Part shown: positions 1 to 10,402 of the stretch, piece by piece
Layout of the letters: every line of letters begins with the position of its first letter
Position numbering within the stretch: the first letter of the stretch is position 1
Origin: a virus
DNA length: 64,000 bases
Direction: 5' to 3' (one strand)
Virus record (IMG/VR): IMGVR_UViG_3300035211_000097
Coordinates: 31,703 to 95,702 of that record
The notes under the pieces: model-generated
Databases searched by the model: none
What the model saw: the letters and a program-made list of their open reading frames with translations, nothing else
Told to the model about the DNA's origin: nothing
Translations under genes and position numbers: made by a program

Positions 1-1056
1 AATCCGCCTCCGGGAGCTGATGGTTATAATGAGATCACAGATTCGGAAACACGTATAGCTATTATTCCTGAAAGAACACAATATTATTTTGTAGATGACA
101 GTGGTGACGAAACACATTATTATAAAACGGCTTACTACAATTCAGTTACTCAAGCGCAGAGTAATACAAGCGATCCTATACAGGGATCAGTGGAACCGGG
201 TAAACTGGGGTACACTTTTGGTAATTATACACCGCCTCCCGGAGAGTGGGGCGAAGTCCTTACGCCTGATGATATCAGATACACCTATATGTTTGGTATA
301 GATGCTATTGCCAACGATCAGAATGAAACAGAATTTACAGATGATCAATTTCGGTATTTTGTAGAAAGTGCTGTGGCTGATTTTGAAGCATTTCTGACTA
401 TTGATATTAAGAAAAGGGTTTATGTGACAAGTCCTGATGATGAATTGGTTCAGTCTGTTGACTGGCGTGAGGGTGTGGATTACACAAATGAAGAAGACCC
501 GTACCCGTTTATTCCCGAACACTGGAAAGAATATGGCTTTATTCAGCTTAGGCACTGTCCTGTTTTGTCAGTAGAACGGGCAATTATGTATTCACCAGTA
601 AAAGGTGAAATTCTTGATCTCATGGAATGGATACGTTATCGAAAGGCTGTAGGTCAGCTGAATTTTTACCCAAAACAGGGATCAGGATACGGGCCGTACA
701 ATATTTACGGTATGCCATGGCATCTTCAGGGTAGACAATATCCTGAGGGTTTTGAGATAGACTACTCTACCGGTTTCAAGACATCTGATTTTGTACCGAA
801 AAATCTGAGAAATGTAATTGGCATGTGGGCTACAATAAAAGCATTGGATACTATTGGTGACGGTTTACTTGCCGGTTTTAGTTCACAGAGTGTTTCATTA
901 GATGGCTTAAGTGAAAGTTTTTCCAGCACACAATCGGCTACTTCTGCTTATTTCGGTGCAAGGATCAAAAGTTATATCGATCAAATACAGGATTACCTGA
1001 AGAGAAACCGGTATAAGTGGGGTGCTATCCCTATATCTTTTGTCGGAGTTAATTAG
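1..1056 (+). CDS. Head-completion/neck protein (5'-truncated at window edge)
   Basis: Frame is open from base 1 (NPPPGADGYNE...) into ORF 190..1056. C-terminal SQSVSLDGLSESFSSTQSATSAYFGARI resembles SPO1-like head-tail connectors; lies upstream of the sheath. Confidence 0.6.
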   Translation, partial: NPPPGADGYNEITDSETRIAIIPERTQYYFVDDSGDETHYYKTAYYNSVTQAQSNTSDPIQGSVEPGKLGYTFGNYTPPPGEWGEVLTPDDIRYTYMFGIDAIANDQNETEFTDDQFRYFVESAVADFEAFLTIDIKKRVYVTSPDDELVQSVDWREGVDYTNEEDPYPFIPEHWKEYGFIQLRHCPVLSVERAIMYSPVKGEILDLMEWIRYRKAVGQLNFYPKQGSGYGPYNIYGMPWHLQGRQYPEGFEIDYSTGFKTSDFVPKNLRNVIGMWATIKALDTIGDGLLAGFSSQSVSLDGLSESFSSTQSATSAYFGARIKSYIDQIQDYLKRNRYKWGAIPISFVGVN

Positions 1057-2168
1057 TGGCAGCCGGTTTTCAGACGTTTCAAACAGTAAAAAACTATGAC
1101 GATGCTCTGGGTAGACATGGTCAGTGGGTGCGCTGGCTGAAAGGGTCGAAATGCGCTTGTGTGCATGGTATACAAAAGCAGCCTGACCCACAATGTAATT
1201 TGTGTGATGGTAAAGGGTTTGTATACAGGAATCCTGATGAATTTACAGTCTTACAGGAAAATTTAAAATATGGCGGTTCCGGGATTTATTATCCATTACA
1301 GACACCTGTGGTTAGTATACAGTCGATAACACATCAGGGAGTCGATCTTACTTTATCAGGATCACAGCCAGCAGACGGTAGTTATATAGCTATCGATTTT
1401 CCATATTTGAAACCATACAATCGGGTGAAATGTGATTACACTTATAGCTCAAAAACATCGGTGACTGATGAAAACAGTGAAGTAATTGCTGATAACATTT
1501 TAAGGACAGTGGCTACCCGGTTTACGGAAAAAGGGAAAACATTTGAGGGTTCTGTGTTTTCTGTATCCAAGGTTTACAATGCTACCAAGGATGAGAATTA
1601 CACGGTATCTTCTTTTTCAAAAGAATTTATTTATCTGGTAGACATGGGGACATGGGCCTCCGGGGATGTTTTGGAAGTGAGCTATACATATATTCATCCA
1701 TTTTACTTTATGATGCATACCGTTTCTGAAAAAATGAGATATGAAAAATCTTATATTTTGGAAAGTGCTGATGCCATATTAGTAGCACCGAGTTGGTTCA
1801 CTCTCTCCGCAGATGATCTTTTTACAGCACTGGCGCAGGAAGCAGTAGGCCGGATAATTATTAACCCGACAGCTCGTACAGGGAATGATATTATAGAGAA
1901 TGTTTTTGATCTGGCGAGTGTTCCTTATGTGATGGACAAGAATGGAGTATCGTATAAAGAAGGGACTAATTTTGTTGTTACAAATAGGAACGAACTGAAA
2001 TGGATAACAAGTAAACCGACAGTTAATTACAGCGTAGAGTATCTGCATCATCCTACTTTTCGGGGACTGGGTGAAATGTCTACAGTCAGGAATGCAGAGA
2101 ACAAAGTGTTTGCAAACAGGATAAACGTGAAACTCTGGCAGGGAGCTTCTGAGGGAATGATGTTTTGA
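1056..2168 (+). CDS. Neck/head-closure structural protein
   Basis: N-terminal CxC...CxxC motif (KCAC...PQCNLCDGKG) typical of SPO1-like neck proteins; synteny. Confidence 0.55.
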   Translation: MAAGFQTFQTVKNYDDALGRHGQWVRWLKGSKCACVHGIQKQPDPQCNLCDGKGFVYRNPDEFTVLQENLKYGGSGIYYPLQTPVVSIQSITHQGVDLTLSGSQPADGSYIAIDFPYLKPYNRVKCDYTYSSKTSVTDENSEVIADNILRTVATRFTEKGKTFEGSVFSVSKVYNATKDENYTVSSFSKEFIYLVDMGTWASGDVLEVSYTYIHPFYFMMHTVSEKMRYEKSYILESADAILVAPSWFTLSADDLFTALAQEAVGRIIINPTARTGNDIIENVFDLASVPYVMDKNGVSYKEGTNFVVTNRNELKWITSKPTVNYSVEYLHHPTFRGLGEMSTVRNAENKVFANRINVKLWQGASEGMMF

Positions 2169-3031
2169 GTACAATAAATGTCAAAATAACAGACTTTGTC
2201 CCTGAATTTATGTCTTTAATGCAGAAAGGTTATGGGGATAGAGTGTTCACAAATTCTCTGGCAGCAATGCGTACAATAGGTAGGATGTATCAGAAAGTTT
2301 GGCGACAATTTGCCAGTGGTGAAAAAGTTGTTCCGGGCAGCCCTCCTATATTTTCAAAAGGGCCTTATACTCGGTCAATACAAATAGACGAGTCCACATC
2401 GAATGTTATTTCTGTGTATACTGATTATTATGGCCATGAATACATAGAAAAAGGGCATCCTCAGATTGATTTAAAGCCGGGCCTGTTAAGTGGCCCTAAA
2501 GCACGGCAGGGAAAGAAAGGCCCTTATAATATTGTACATTTCAGGCACGGTGTTCCGGGTAGTGATCCCCACAGGAATAATCCTATGCCTGTCAGCATAT
2601 ACGATGAAATACGCAGGCTTACTAAGGAAGCTGATGAAAAGAAACAGGCCGGTTTGGACTCTAAACCCGGAGGTTCACGGGTTACTGGAAATATTCGTGT
2701 TTGGGAATACGGGAAAGACAGGCGATTCCGTTCTTACTTGTGGGGACAAAGTATCAGTAAAACAGATACTACCGGAGGGAAACCGAAAAAACCTACAGGT
2801 TACCAGTGGAAATCCGGGAAATATGCAGGCATGTACCAGATGCAGACATCTACAGGAAGAGCTAAACGGTCGAGTTACATTACTTTTCGGGTCGTGTCAT
2901 ACAGAAGTGATCCGACATCATGGATTGTACCGGCCAGACCAGCAATACCTATAAGACAGGCAACAGTTGATTTGGTACGACCTATTGCACAGAATATGAT
3001 CAGGCAAGCAATAGAGAAGGATATAGCATGA
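2165..3031 (+). CDS. Putative neck/tail-completion protein
   Basis: 288 aa, basic, translationally coupled within the neck cluster. Confidence 0.45.
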   Translation: MSTINVKITDFVPEFMSLMQKGYGDRVFTNSLAAMRTIGRMYQKVWRQFASGEKVVPGSPPIFSKGPYTRSIQIDESTSNVISVYTDYYGHEYIEKGHPQIDLKPGLLSGPKARQGKKGPYNIVHFRHGVPGSDPHRNNPMPVSIYDEIRRLTKEADEKKQAGLDSKPGGSRVTGNIRVWEYGKDRRFRSYLWGQSISKTDTTGGKPKKPTGYQWKSGKYAGMYQMQTSTGRAKRSSYITFRVVSYRSDPTSWIVPARPAIPIRQATVDLVRPIAQNMIRQAIEKDIA

Positions 3032-3813
3032 GTGATACAGGCGAAAACTACTTATTTTCAGATGCTCATATACGGCAGAGTGCTTCTGCAAAACCGGTAA
3101 TCATTTTAAGTCAGTTTGATATTGAGACTGAGGTTATTAAAATCGTTCAAAAGTTTTTTCAGGAACTGGAATTTGACAGTATTTATGCAAACTTTGGAAA
3201 TATAAATTTAAGTACAGATCACCCGTTTGCTCTTCTTTTATTTGCTGAGAATGTAGGGGAAGACGTGAAACCAGCTACTTTATTTCCTTCTGTTACAGTG
3301 TGTGACAGTGCGGATTCAGAAGACAGGGAAGAGCTGGGTGGTACTTATGCTGAATTTGTTTTTGATTATGATGATCTTAAGGAAATAGAAAATAAAGTAT
3401 CCACAGATTTAATCAGTATATCTGAGAGTAGTCTGGCTCGGTTAAAACAGCATTTTCAAACAAACAGTTCAGCGGTAGCCTACAAGCGAAAGATCAATAT
3501 AAGAACGACTGTTGATTTTAATGTATGGACTCAGAATAAATTGGTAACAAATTTTATTTATGATTCTTTGAAGCAGTGTATTCGATTATATAATAATGAA
3601 TTTAAACAGGCAGGAATGGACATTCATGCAGGAGGTATGACTGGCAGGAAGTCCGGGGATTATAATGTAGACTTTGGTATTTTATTATATGGTGCAAATA
3701 TTTCTGTGCCGGTAGATTATTATATCAGCAGTCTCTATATAGATGTAAATTTGGGCGAGATCAATGATATCGTGGTTGATCCTACTTATCACCATACCGG
3801 GGAGGATGTATAA
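3028..3813 (+). CDS. Putative tail terminator/completion protein
   Basis: 261 aa, two genes before the sheath; synteny only. Confidence 0.4.
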   Translation: MSDTGENYLFSDAHIRQSASAKPVIILSQFDIETEVIKIVQKFFQELEFDSIYANFGNINLSTDHPFALLLFAENVGEDVKPATLFPSVTVCDSADSEDREELGGTYAEFVFDYDDLKEIENKVSTDLISISESSLARLKQHFQTNSSAVAYKRKINIRTTVDFNVWTQNKLVTNFIYDSLKQCIRLYNNEFKQAGMDIHAGGMTGRKSGDYNVDFGILLYGANISVPVDYYISSLYIDVNLGEINDIVVDPTYHHTGEDV

Positions 3814-4017
3814 ATGGCTGAAGAAGCTAAAAAAGAAGAAACAAAGAAACCGGCAAAAAAGAAAAAAGATGATTCCATGCTGGTAAGCACGTACTTGACC
3901 CAAAAAGGGATCAAGGAAAAATATCTCGTAGCAAGTCTTCGATTTCAGTATCGTGGTATAATAAAAACAAAGAGTGAATGGGACAACGAATTGAAAGACA
4001 GGATTAAAACAAACTAA
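3814..4017 (+). CDS. Small basic hypothetical virion-module protein
   Basis: SD GGAGG upstream, 67 aa, Lys-rich, immediately before the sheath. Confidence 0.55.
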   Translation: MAEEAKKEETKKPAKKKKDDSMLVSTYLTQKGIKEKYLVASLRFQYRGIIKTKSEWDNELKDRIKTN

Positions 4018-4031
4018 ATAGGAGCTTAAAA

Positions 4032-5732
4032 ATGAGTATAAGCAGTCGTACTTTTCAATCAGCCGGTAAGCTCTCACAGCATTATATTCCGGGTGCATAT
4101 TCCCGAATAGACTCTGTGAAGGGTACTGGCGGTCTGGTATCGGCAAATAATTTAGTTATTATGGGGAAGAGTACGGGTGGTAAACCGACTGAGCTTCTTC
4201 AGTTTAACAAATTAACCGATGCTGTAGCGGTGTTAAAAGGCGGTGATCTGATGGAAGCCATGAGATTGGCTTTTAATCCGGGTGCCGGTTTAATACCCAC
4301 AAGAATTTATGCAATGCGTGTAAATTCCGCAGTGCAGTCAAGTTATGATCTGGTAGATGGCAGCTCGAATGACATGATTCTTCTGGAATCGAGGGATTAT
4401 GGTCTTCAGCAGAACCAGATAACTCTTTTGATGGTCGCTGGTACAACTCAAGGTAAAAAGATTACCATAGGGTTTAAAACCAATGAAGAGGAATTTGATG
4501 ACGTGTATCGGTCATCTTTAACCATCACACATGCCACAGATACAGTGACAATCGTGAATAACAGCACCACACAGACACTTACTCTGGTGTCAGCAGCTGT
4601 TACCATTGATCTGAATACATATCCTACTATTGGAGAATTGGCTGCATATATCAATGCGCAGTCTGGCTTTACTGCTGTAGTTACAGCTGGGGAAGAAGAT
4701 GCCAGTTCTCTGGAATTGGATGCAGTAACCGGACAATCCTTAACTGGTGGTTATGTCTGTCAGTCTACCTTTCAGGCTATTATTGACACGATAAATGCAG
4801 GATCGGTTTATGTAGAGGCTTCAGCAAACAATGGAGTGAATGACAGAGTAATTCCTGTCAATGTTGCTTCTCTTGCTTATTTTACAGGTGGTTCAGAGGG
4901 TTCTTATACTTCGACTGAGTGGACAAATGCTTTGAGTGCGTTGGAAGCTGAAGATATTCAGCTGATTGCTACTCCTGACACTACAGAAGCCAATCACGCT
5001 CTAATAAAAGCTCATTGTGAATCGATGAGTTCTGTGACAGGACGTAAGGAAAGGCAGTTTCTTGTGGGCGGTGACTGGGGAGATACAGAAACAGCTGCGA
5101 TTACAAATGCCAAAGCATTGAATTCCAAGTATGGATTATATGTGTTTAATGGTGGTACTCAATACAATGTGAACGGTGTTTTGACAAACTATAATTCCGG
5201 GTTTGCAGGATGTATGCTTGCCGGTATGAAGTCAGCACTGGCAATAAACGCACCGCTCACATTTAAGACGCTAAACTTCATTTCTCTGGAAGCGAAACTG
5301 AAAGACAGCTCTTTGGAAAATCTCATTAAAGATGGGGTGGCCCCGATTGCTTATAATAGCAATGAAATTGCTCACTGTGTAAGGCAGGTGAATACTTACC
5401 AAACAGATGATCTGAAATGGAATGAATTCTCTATGGTTACGATTATGAATTTTGTTTCCCGTGACCTCAGGAACTTTCTGGAAAGCAGATATGTTGGTAA
5501 GGCTTCCACGACATTTTCGTTGTCTGCCCTCAGAGCGCAGATCGCCGGTAGACTTAATCTCTATGTAGATTTAGGTCTGTTTATTTCCGATGGCGAACAG
5601 GCGTGGTGGGGTCTGAATTTATCAATAAACGGTGATACCGTGACGGTTGATTATGATGCGTACATTACAGCACCGATAAACTTCATTTTCATAACCAACC
5701 ACTTCCACGAAGTATCAGCGACAGCAGCTTAA
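4032..5732 (+). CDS. Contractile tail sheath protein
   Basis: 566 aa; N-terminal IPGAYSRID, GKSTGGKP and C-terminal APINFIFIT motifs typical of myovirus sheaths. Confidence 0.9.
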   Translation: MSISSRTFQSAGKLSQHYIPGAYSRIDSVKGTGGLVSANNLVIMGKSTGGKPTELLQFNKLTDAVAVLKGGDLMEAMRLAFNPGAGLIPTRIYAMRVNSAVQSSYDLVDGSSNDMILLESRDYGLQQNQITLLMVAGTTQGKKITIGFKTNEEEFDDVYRSSLTITHATDTVTIVNNSTTQTLTLVSAAVTIDLNTYPTIGELAAYINAQSGFTAVVTAGEEDASSLELDAVTGQSLTGGYVCQSTFQAIIDTINAGSVYVEASANNGVNDRVIPVNVASLAYFTGGSEGSYTSTEWTNALSALEAEDIQLIATPDTTEANHALIKAHCESMSSVTGRKERQFLVGGDWGDTETAAITNAKALNSKYGLYVFNGGTQYNVNGVLTNYNSGFAGCMLAGMKSALAINAPLTFKTLNFISLEAKLKDSSLENLIKDGVAPIAYNSNEIAHCVRQVNTYQTDDLKWNEFSMVTIMNFVSRDLRNFLESRYVGKASTTFSLSALRAQIAGRLNLYVDLGLFISDGEQAWWGLNLSINGDTVTVDYDAYITAPINFIFITNHFHEVSATAA

Positions 5733-5743
5733 GGAGGAAACAA

Positions 5744-6208
5744 ATGGCTGATAAATTGATAGCAGGTGGCGCATGGGTAAAAATTCTTGCCGATGGACAA
5801 CCTATTGGTCTGGCTACCGGTGTTTCCTATGATGAGGACTGGGCGGTAAACCCGGCAAACGTAATTGGTTTTTTAGGGCCGATAGATTATGATTCACAGG
5901 GTTATTCCTGTAGTATCAGTATGCAGGCGTTCATCCCTGAAAAAATTGCGCAGAACCCCGGAGGCAGGACATTACCGGATGGCAGTATCACTACCATCTC
6001 TGATTTAATTCCTACCAGAACCGAAATCCAAAATCAGGGTGGAAAACCGAGACAGCTGGATGATTTATCTCTGGTAAATGTATCCAATGGTGAAGTACTG
6101 GCTTCATTCAGAAATGTAATGATTGCCAGCAATGGTGTGCAAGTTACACCGAACAGTTACGTGACATCGAATGTCAGGATGCTTGCAGTCGAAAGGTACG
6201 TAGCGTAA
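5744..6208 (+). CDS. Tail tube protein
   Basis: 154 aa directly after the sheath, strong SD AGGAGG, beta-rich with IGLATGVSYDED motif. Confidence 0.8.
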   Translation: MADKLIAGGAWVKILADGQPIGLATGVSYDEDWAVNPANVIGFLGPIDYDSQGYSCSISMQAFIPEKIAQNPGGRTLPDGSITTISDLIPTRTEIQNQGGKPRQLDDLSLVNVSNGEVLASFRNVMIASNGVQVTPNSYVTSNVRMLAVERYVA

Positions 6209-6225
6209 ATAGCAGATGTATTTTC

Positions 6226-6260
6226 AGAAAGGGGTGGGATAAGTCTGCCCCTTTCTTATA
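6226..6260 (+). terminator. Putative intrinsic terminator/attenuator after tail tube
   Basis: AGAAAGGGGTGG...CTGCCCCTTTCT hairpin with a short U/A tail. Confidence 0.55.
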
Positions 6261-6276
6261 AAAGGGAGAGATTATA

Positions 6277-6663
6277 ATGGAAAAAAAGACAGCAGAACAC
6301 AGAATTGGTAAACAGGTACTCACAGAGGACGATCTGAAAATAGAGGTGCCCTATAAAGATGAACTTTTTGTAATGAAGTACCCTACACCGTGGGAAAAAG
6401 CACAGATTGAAAGAGTAATTGCCGGTCATCTTAATGGGATGCCGAGAGCTTCATTTCCCGAAGGTGAACTTTTTCGTATACAGGCCATGTGCTATGTAGA
6501 TGGCTTGATGATCCCGGACTTATGCCCTGACTGGTTTGTTAATCCATGGCAGTGCTACGATGAACAGCTTGTCTTGGAACTTTTCTCAGGGTACTTATCC
6601 TTTCGTGACGAATTTGTCAAAAACGTTAACAACGGACGTTATCGAAAAGGAAGTACAGGATAG
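6277..6663 (+). CDS. Tail assembly chaperone
   Basis: 128 aa between tube and tape measure; contains slippery TCC TTT CGT near its 3' end. Confidence 0.75.
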   Translation: MEKKTAEHRIGKQVLTEDDLKIEVPYKDELFVMKYPTPWEKAQIERVIAGHLNGMPRASFPEGELFRIQAMCYVDGLMIPDLCPDWFVNPWQCYDEQLVLELFSGYLSFRDEFVKNVNNGRYRKGSTG

Positions 6664-6952
6664 TTTTGATTTAAAATTAGATGTCTGGATTTGTGAGCAT
6701 TTTAAGGTATTGCCTACAGAACAGAGATTTAAGGATTTATCAGGTAGACAGAAACTGATTTTGTGGTTTGGTTGCTTATATACACCGAGTAGGGAAGTGA
6801 TGCAAAGAAGTTTCTTACTTTCAAAAAAGAATGAAGAGAGGTTTGGTGTTGATGAGGTAACAGCTGATGCTCTTAAACAGAGTGGTTACAGCAAAGAACA
6901 AATAGAGGCCATACAAGATCAGCTGAAAAAGTTTACAGAGAAAGGTGAGTAA
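6602..6952 (+). CDS. Frameshift extension of tail assembly chaperone (+1 frame)
   Basis: Overlapping +1-frame ORF without an obvious SD/start; HFKVLPTEQRFKDL resembles SPO1-like chaperone extensions; ends directly before the tape measure ATG. Confidence 0.65.
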   Translation, partial: FVTNLSKTLTTDVIEKEVQDSFDLKLDVWICEHFKVLPTEQRFKDLSGRQKLILWFGCLYTPSREVMQRSFLLSKKNEERFGVDEVTADALKQSGYSKEQIEAIQDQLKKFTEKGE

Positions 6953-8980
6953 ATGTCTGATATTATGAGTCGTATAAAATTACAGGTAGAGGGAGCTGAT
7001 CAATCTGTACGGGAAATTCAGAAACTTAAAGGTGCTTATGACGAGGTTTCTGATTCTGCAAAAGGCATATCAGGTGGTGTTTCTGCCGATCCGTTTGAAA
7101 AAGCGGTGTCTTCTGCCCCTGCTGGCGGTGCCGGTACTGCCGGTCGCTCAGAACATAATGATTTAATGGACAGGGCCAATGATCGATTGGCCTCTCACTA
7201 TAATACAGCTGGGGCCATGGGTTCACAGGTACCCGGTGCAATAAATACAGCTTCCAGTGCAATATCTCAGATAGGTTCCGGGCAAGGTGCCAGTGGAGCC
7301 GGTTCTGCCATGGGGGGTTTGGCCCGTATGATCGGAGCCGGTACTACAGGTGGTTTGATTGCCATGGCAGGGTCAGCTGTACTGGGCGGTATTGGTGCGT
7401 TATCCGGGGAAGAAAAAGAACTGGTACAGCAGTTACACGGGACAGGATTATCTACCCGATTAGATGCTGGCTATTCTAATATGCGTAATTCTATGATAGG
7501 TTTCGGGCAAGCCGGGGTAGCTTCTCAGAGACTGTCTACTTTGATGCAGTCGCTGGCTTCTTCAGGGGGACAGTTTACAGCTGGTACATGGAATACAGTA
7601 AAGGAAGCTACTCAGTATATGGAATATTTGGGGCTTCCTCCTGAAACAATAGGACAGTTTCTCGGTACTCAGCAGCAGGCAGGTTATACTGGTACCGTAA
7701 ACAAGCAGATATATGCTACTGCATATCAGACATTCGGTCGTGGTATGGCTGATTCTTATATGAGTGAGCTTACCAGAATGCAGAACCAGTCGTTATCATT
7801 GACACAGAAAAGAGGTGTCGGAGCCGAACAGGATATTCTATTATCTAATGCAAATTTACTAGGTACACTGGCTACCGGTGGTGGTATGTCTGCGCAGGGT
7901 GCTGTTGCTGTTATGCAACAGGCTGAAAGTGCAGGCCGGGCCTCTGCTACATTAAGCAGACCTGAAGATGTTGTGGCTTATCAGGCCATGAAAAAATTAT
8001 ATCCGAATAAATCCATGACAGAATTGATGATGTATATGGAGTCTCACCCGATAGAGGTATCCAATGCTGTTGCCGGTTATATCAGCGATACTTCAGGAAA
8101 TGCGGATGTAGCCCGGCTACGTATGAAGCAATATTTGGGTGGCAATGTCAGTCAGGCTGATGCTTATATGAAAGCTAATGCGCAGATGGAAAGAGAGGGT
8201 GTTGTTCCGGGGTCAGCACGGGCCACTGAAATTCTCGCAGAAGCAGGGGCGGTCGCTCAGGAAGGTATGCAGGCTACAGCGATTGATCAGTCTAAACTTT
8301 TCGAGGGATTACAGAAAGCAGCTTATGATATTTCACAGATGTTTATAAAATTGTTTAAGGGTGATGAAGTCACTATAGAGGGTCTTGAATTTGGAATGAC
8401 CCCGAAACAGTTTGAAGAACAGCAGTTCTGGAATGAAAAATATATTGATCAGTTCAGAAACCCTGAAAGAATAACCGCAAGTGAATTGTGGATAGATAAA
8501 ATGATCACAAGTGCCAGGGTATCTGAGTCAGGCAAACAAGAAATTACAGATATCTGGGCTAAAGTTCTTCCGCAGCTACCTTCTGGTGCTTCACTTACTG
8601 ACTTTGCTGATTCTAATTATGAGTTTAATGCAGGCGCACCGGGGACTATAAACAATCTACCTGGATTGTACCAAGCTATTTATACAAACTTGTCTGACTG
8701 GGAAAGTAATTCGCAGGAGAGATTTAACGAGATTGTAAAAGAGAAATTTGCACCGTACATCGATCTTAAAACCAGAGGAAATCTTGATGCTTCTTATGAT
8801 ATCATACAGTTAATAGATAAGAAGTTCGGCGGTGAAATGGATTTAGCGACTGAGAAGGAAATGTTTTTAGTTCTGATGAGGTTATTAGTAGACTCTTTTG
8901 ATCAGCTGAAAGGCGAGATGGAAAAAAGTAACCAGATACTTTTTATGGATGAAGAACCTCAGTTTCAGTCATTTAAGTAG
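6953..8980 (+). CDS. Tape measure protein
   Basis: 675 aa, Ala/Gly/Gln-rich and helical, follows the chaperone pair. Confidence 0.75.
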   Translation: MSDIMSRIKLQVEGADQSVREIQKLKGAYDEVSDSAKGISGGVSADPFEKAVSSAPAGGAGTAGRSEHNDLMDRANDRLASHYNTAGAMGSQVPGAINTASSAISQIGSGQGASGAGSAMGGLARMIGAGTTGGLIAMAGSAVLGGIGALSGEEKELVQQLHGTGLSTRLDAGYSNMRNSMIGFGQAGVASQRLSTLMQSLASSGGQFTAGTWNTVKEATQYMEYLGLPPETIGQFLGTQQQAGYTGTVNKQIYATAYQTFGRGMADSYMSELTRMQNQSLSLTQKRGVGAEQDILLSNANLLGTLATGGGMSAQGAVAVMQQAESAGRASATLSRPEDVVAYQAMKKLYPNKSMTELMMYMESHPIEVSNAVAGYISDTSGNADVARLRMKQYLGGNVSQADAYMKANAQMEREGVVPGSARATEILAEAGAVAQEGMQATAIDQSKLFEGLQKAAYDISQMFIKLFKGDEVTIEGLEFGMTPKQFEEQQFWNEKYIDQFRNPERITASELWIDKMITSARVSESGKQEITDIWAKVLPQLPSGASLTDFADSNYEFNAGAPGTINNLPGLYQAIYTNLSDWESNSQERFNEIVKEKFAPYIDLKTRGNLDASYDIIQLIDKKFGGEMDLATEKEMFLVLMRLLVDSFDQLKGEMEKSNQILFMDEEPQFQSFK

Positions 8981-8986
8981 GGGATC

Positions 8987-10402
8987 ATGAATATAAAAGA
9001 AAGCGGAGTAATAGAAGACAGAACCCCGAAGATTACAGTCGAGATAGATACATGGAACTGGGACACCGGCAAAAAGGTACGTGTTTACGATATAACCAAA
9101 CAGGTTATTCGCTACCAATTTCAGAAAACTATTAAGTCTACAGGCGGTTCCTGTACGGTAGTCATAACTCCGATAGTGGAGAGTGATAATGCCATGAACC
9201 TGTTTAATACTATGGATGTGGTGAGGATTAAAGAATATGATATCACCAAATTTATAGGTATTATACAGACTATAAATTACACTGCCACGGCAAGTAATGA
9301 CGGCAAGGTAACCACTGGTATTAATATAGGGGCCATCGGCATTAGCAGTATTTTATCATCAGCATCTATCGGTTTACAGATGGGTGCTTTGCTGGATGAA
9401 TTTGATGCTCTGGTGACTGCGATAAATGAATTACAGGTAAACTTAGGAAAAATTCTTGACGGTTTAAATACGCCCACTTATGCAGATATTGTGAAGGTTC
9501 TCTTTGAGAACTTTTTTGGTGTAGTGGACAAACTGGGAGTTACCGGGTATCGAAATTTTATAAACACATATTTTGATTTGACCACTGCTTTAGAGTCAGT
9601 GTATTCACCTACTCTGCCGAGGACATACACACCTTATTCCGGGACTGATGAAAATATAAACTTGTGGGATATTCTTTCACAATTTATAGAAGCACCACTC
9701 ATGGAAATGTGGTGTGATTGTGGCAAGCGTTCTGTAAATATTAATGGTAAGAATATTACGCTGGCAGATGGAAAAATGTACCTTATTCTTCGATCTACTC
9801 CCTATAACGATACTGCATATGGAGACAAATCAACCACAGCTTTTGATGATTTACCAGAGTATAAAATACCGGCGAGCGTAGGCACACAGCTGAGTATTGG
9901 CAGGAGTGCTTCAGAGGCGTATTCTACGTTTACAGCTATTCCTTCAGCTTTTGACTTAGGGAGTACACTGCGGAATTTAGTTGGCTCTGCGAAATATTCT
10001 GAAAAGAACTTGAATAAATATTTGTACAAACCTATAAATCTTACTCTTTATTTTCTGAGAAAAGAAAGTCTGGATGACAATTCTGAAAGGATTAACACAT
10101 CAGAAATAAATGGTACTGTAGAGGACATTTCTACTACTTTGAAAAATTGGTTTGAGGATAATGATTTTTATTTAAACGGTTCACATAAAATAATAGTTAC
10201 CGAGGATCATGATTATTTTATTGGTACCAGAGTTTTGTTAGAAATTACGAATGGTTATTTCTATTGTGAGTCTGTAAATCACAGTTTTACATATGGGGGG
10301 CAGATAACCTCTGATTTATTATTAACCAGAGGTGTGGGAAAATCCAATGAAAATAAAAGACTGCGGTTACGTGGACGGCTGTTTGAGTCTGGGAGTGAGT
10401 AA
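8987..10402 (+). CDS. Baseplate hub protein
   Basis: 471 aa; C-terminal FYCESVNHSF...LTRG motif typical of hub (gp27/gp44-like) proteins. Confidence 0.7.
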   Translation: MNIKESGVIEDRTPKITVEIDTWNWDTGKKVRVYDITKQVIRYQFQKTIKSTGGSCTVVITPIVESDNAMNLFNTMDVVRIKEYDITKFIGIIQTINYTATASNDGKVTTGINIGAIGISSILSSASIGLQMGALLDEFDALVTAINELQVNLGKILDGLNTPTYADIVKVLFENFFGVVDKLGVTGYRNFINTYFDLTTALESVYSPTLPRTYTPYSGTDENINLWDILSQFIEAPLMEMWCDCGKRSVNINGKNITLADGKMYLILRSTPYNDTAYGDKSTTAFDDLPEYKIPASVGTQLSIGRSASEAYSTFTAIPSAFDLGSTLRNLVGSAKYSEKNLNKYLYKPINLTLYFLRKESLDDNSERINTSEINGTVEDISTTLKNWFEDNDFYLNGSHKIIVTEDHDYFIGTRVLLEITNGYFYCESVNHSFTYGGQITSDLLLTRGVGKSNENKRLRLRGRLFESGSE

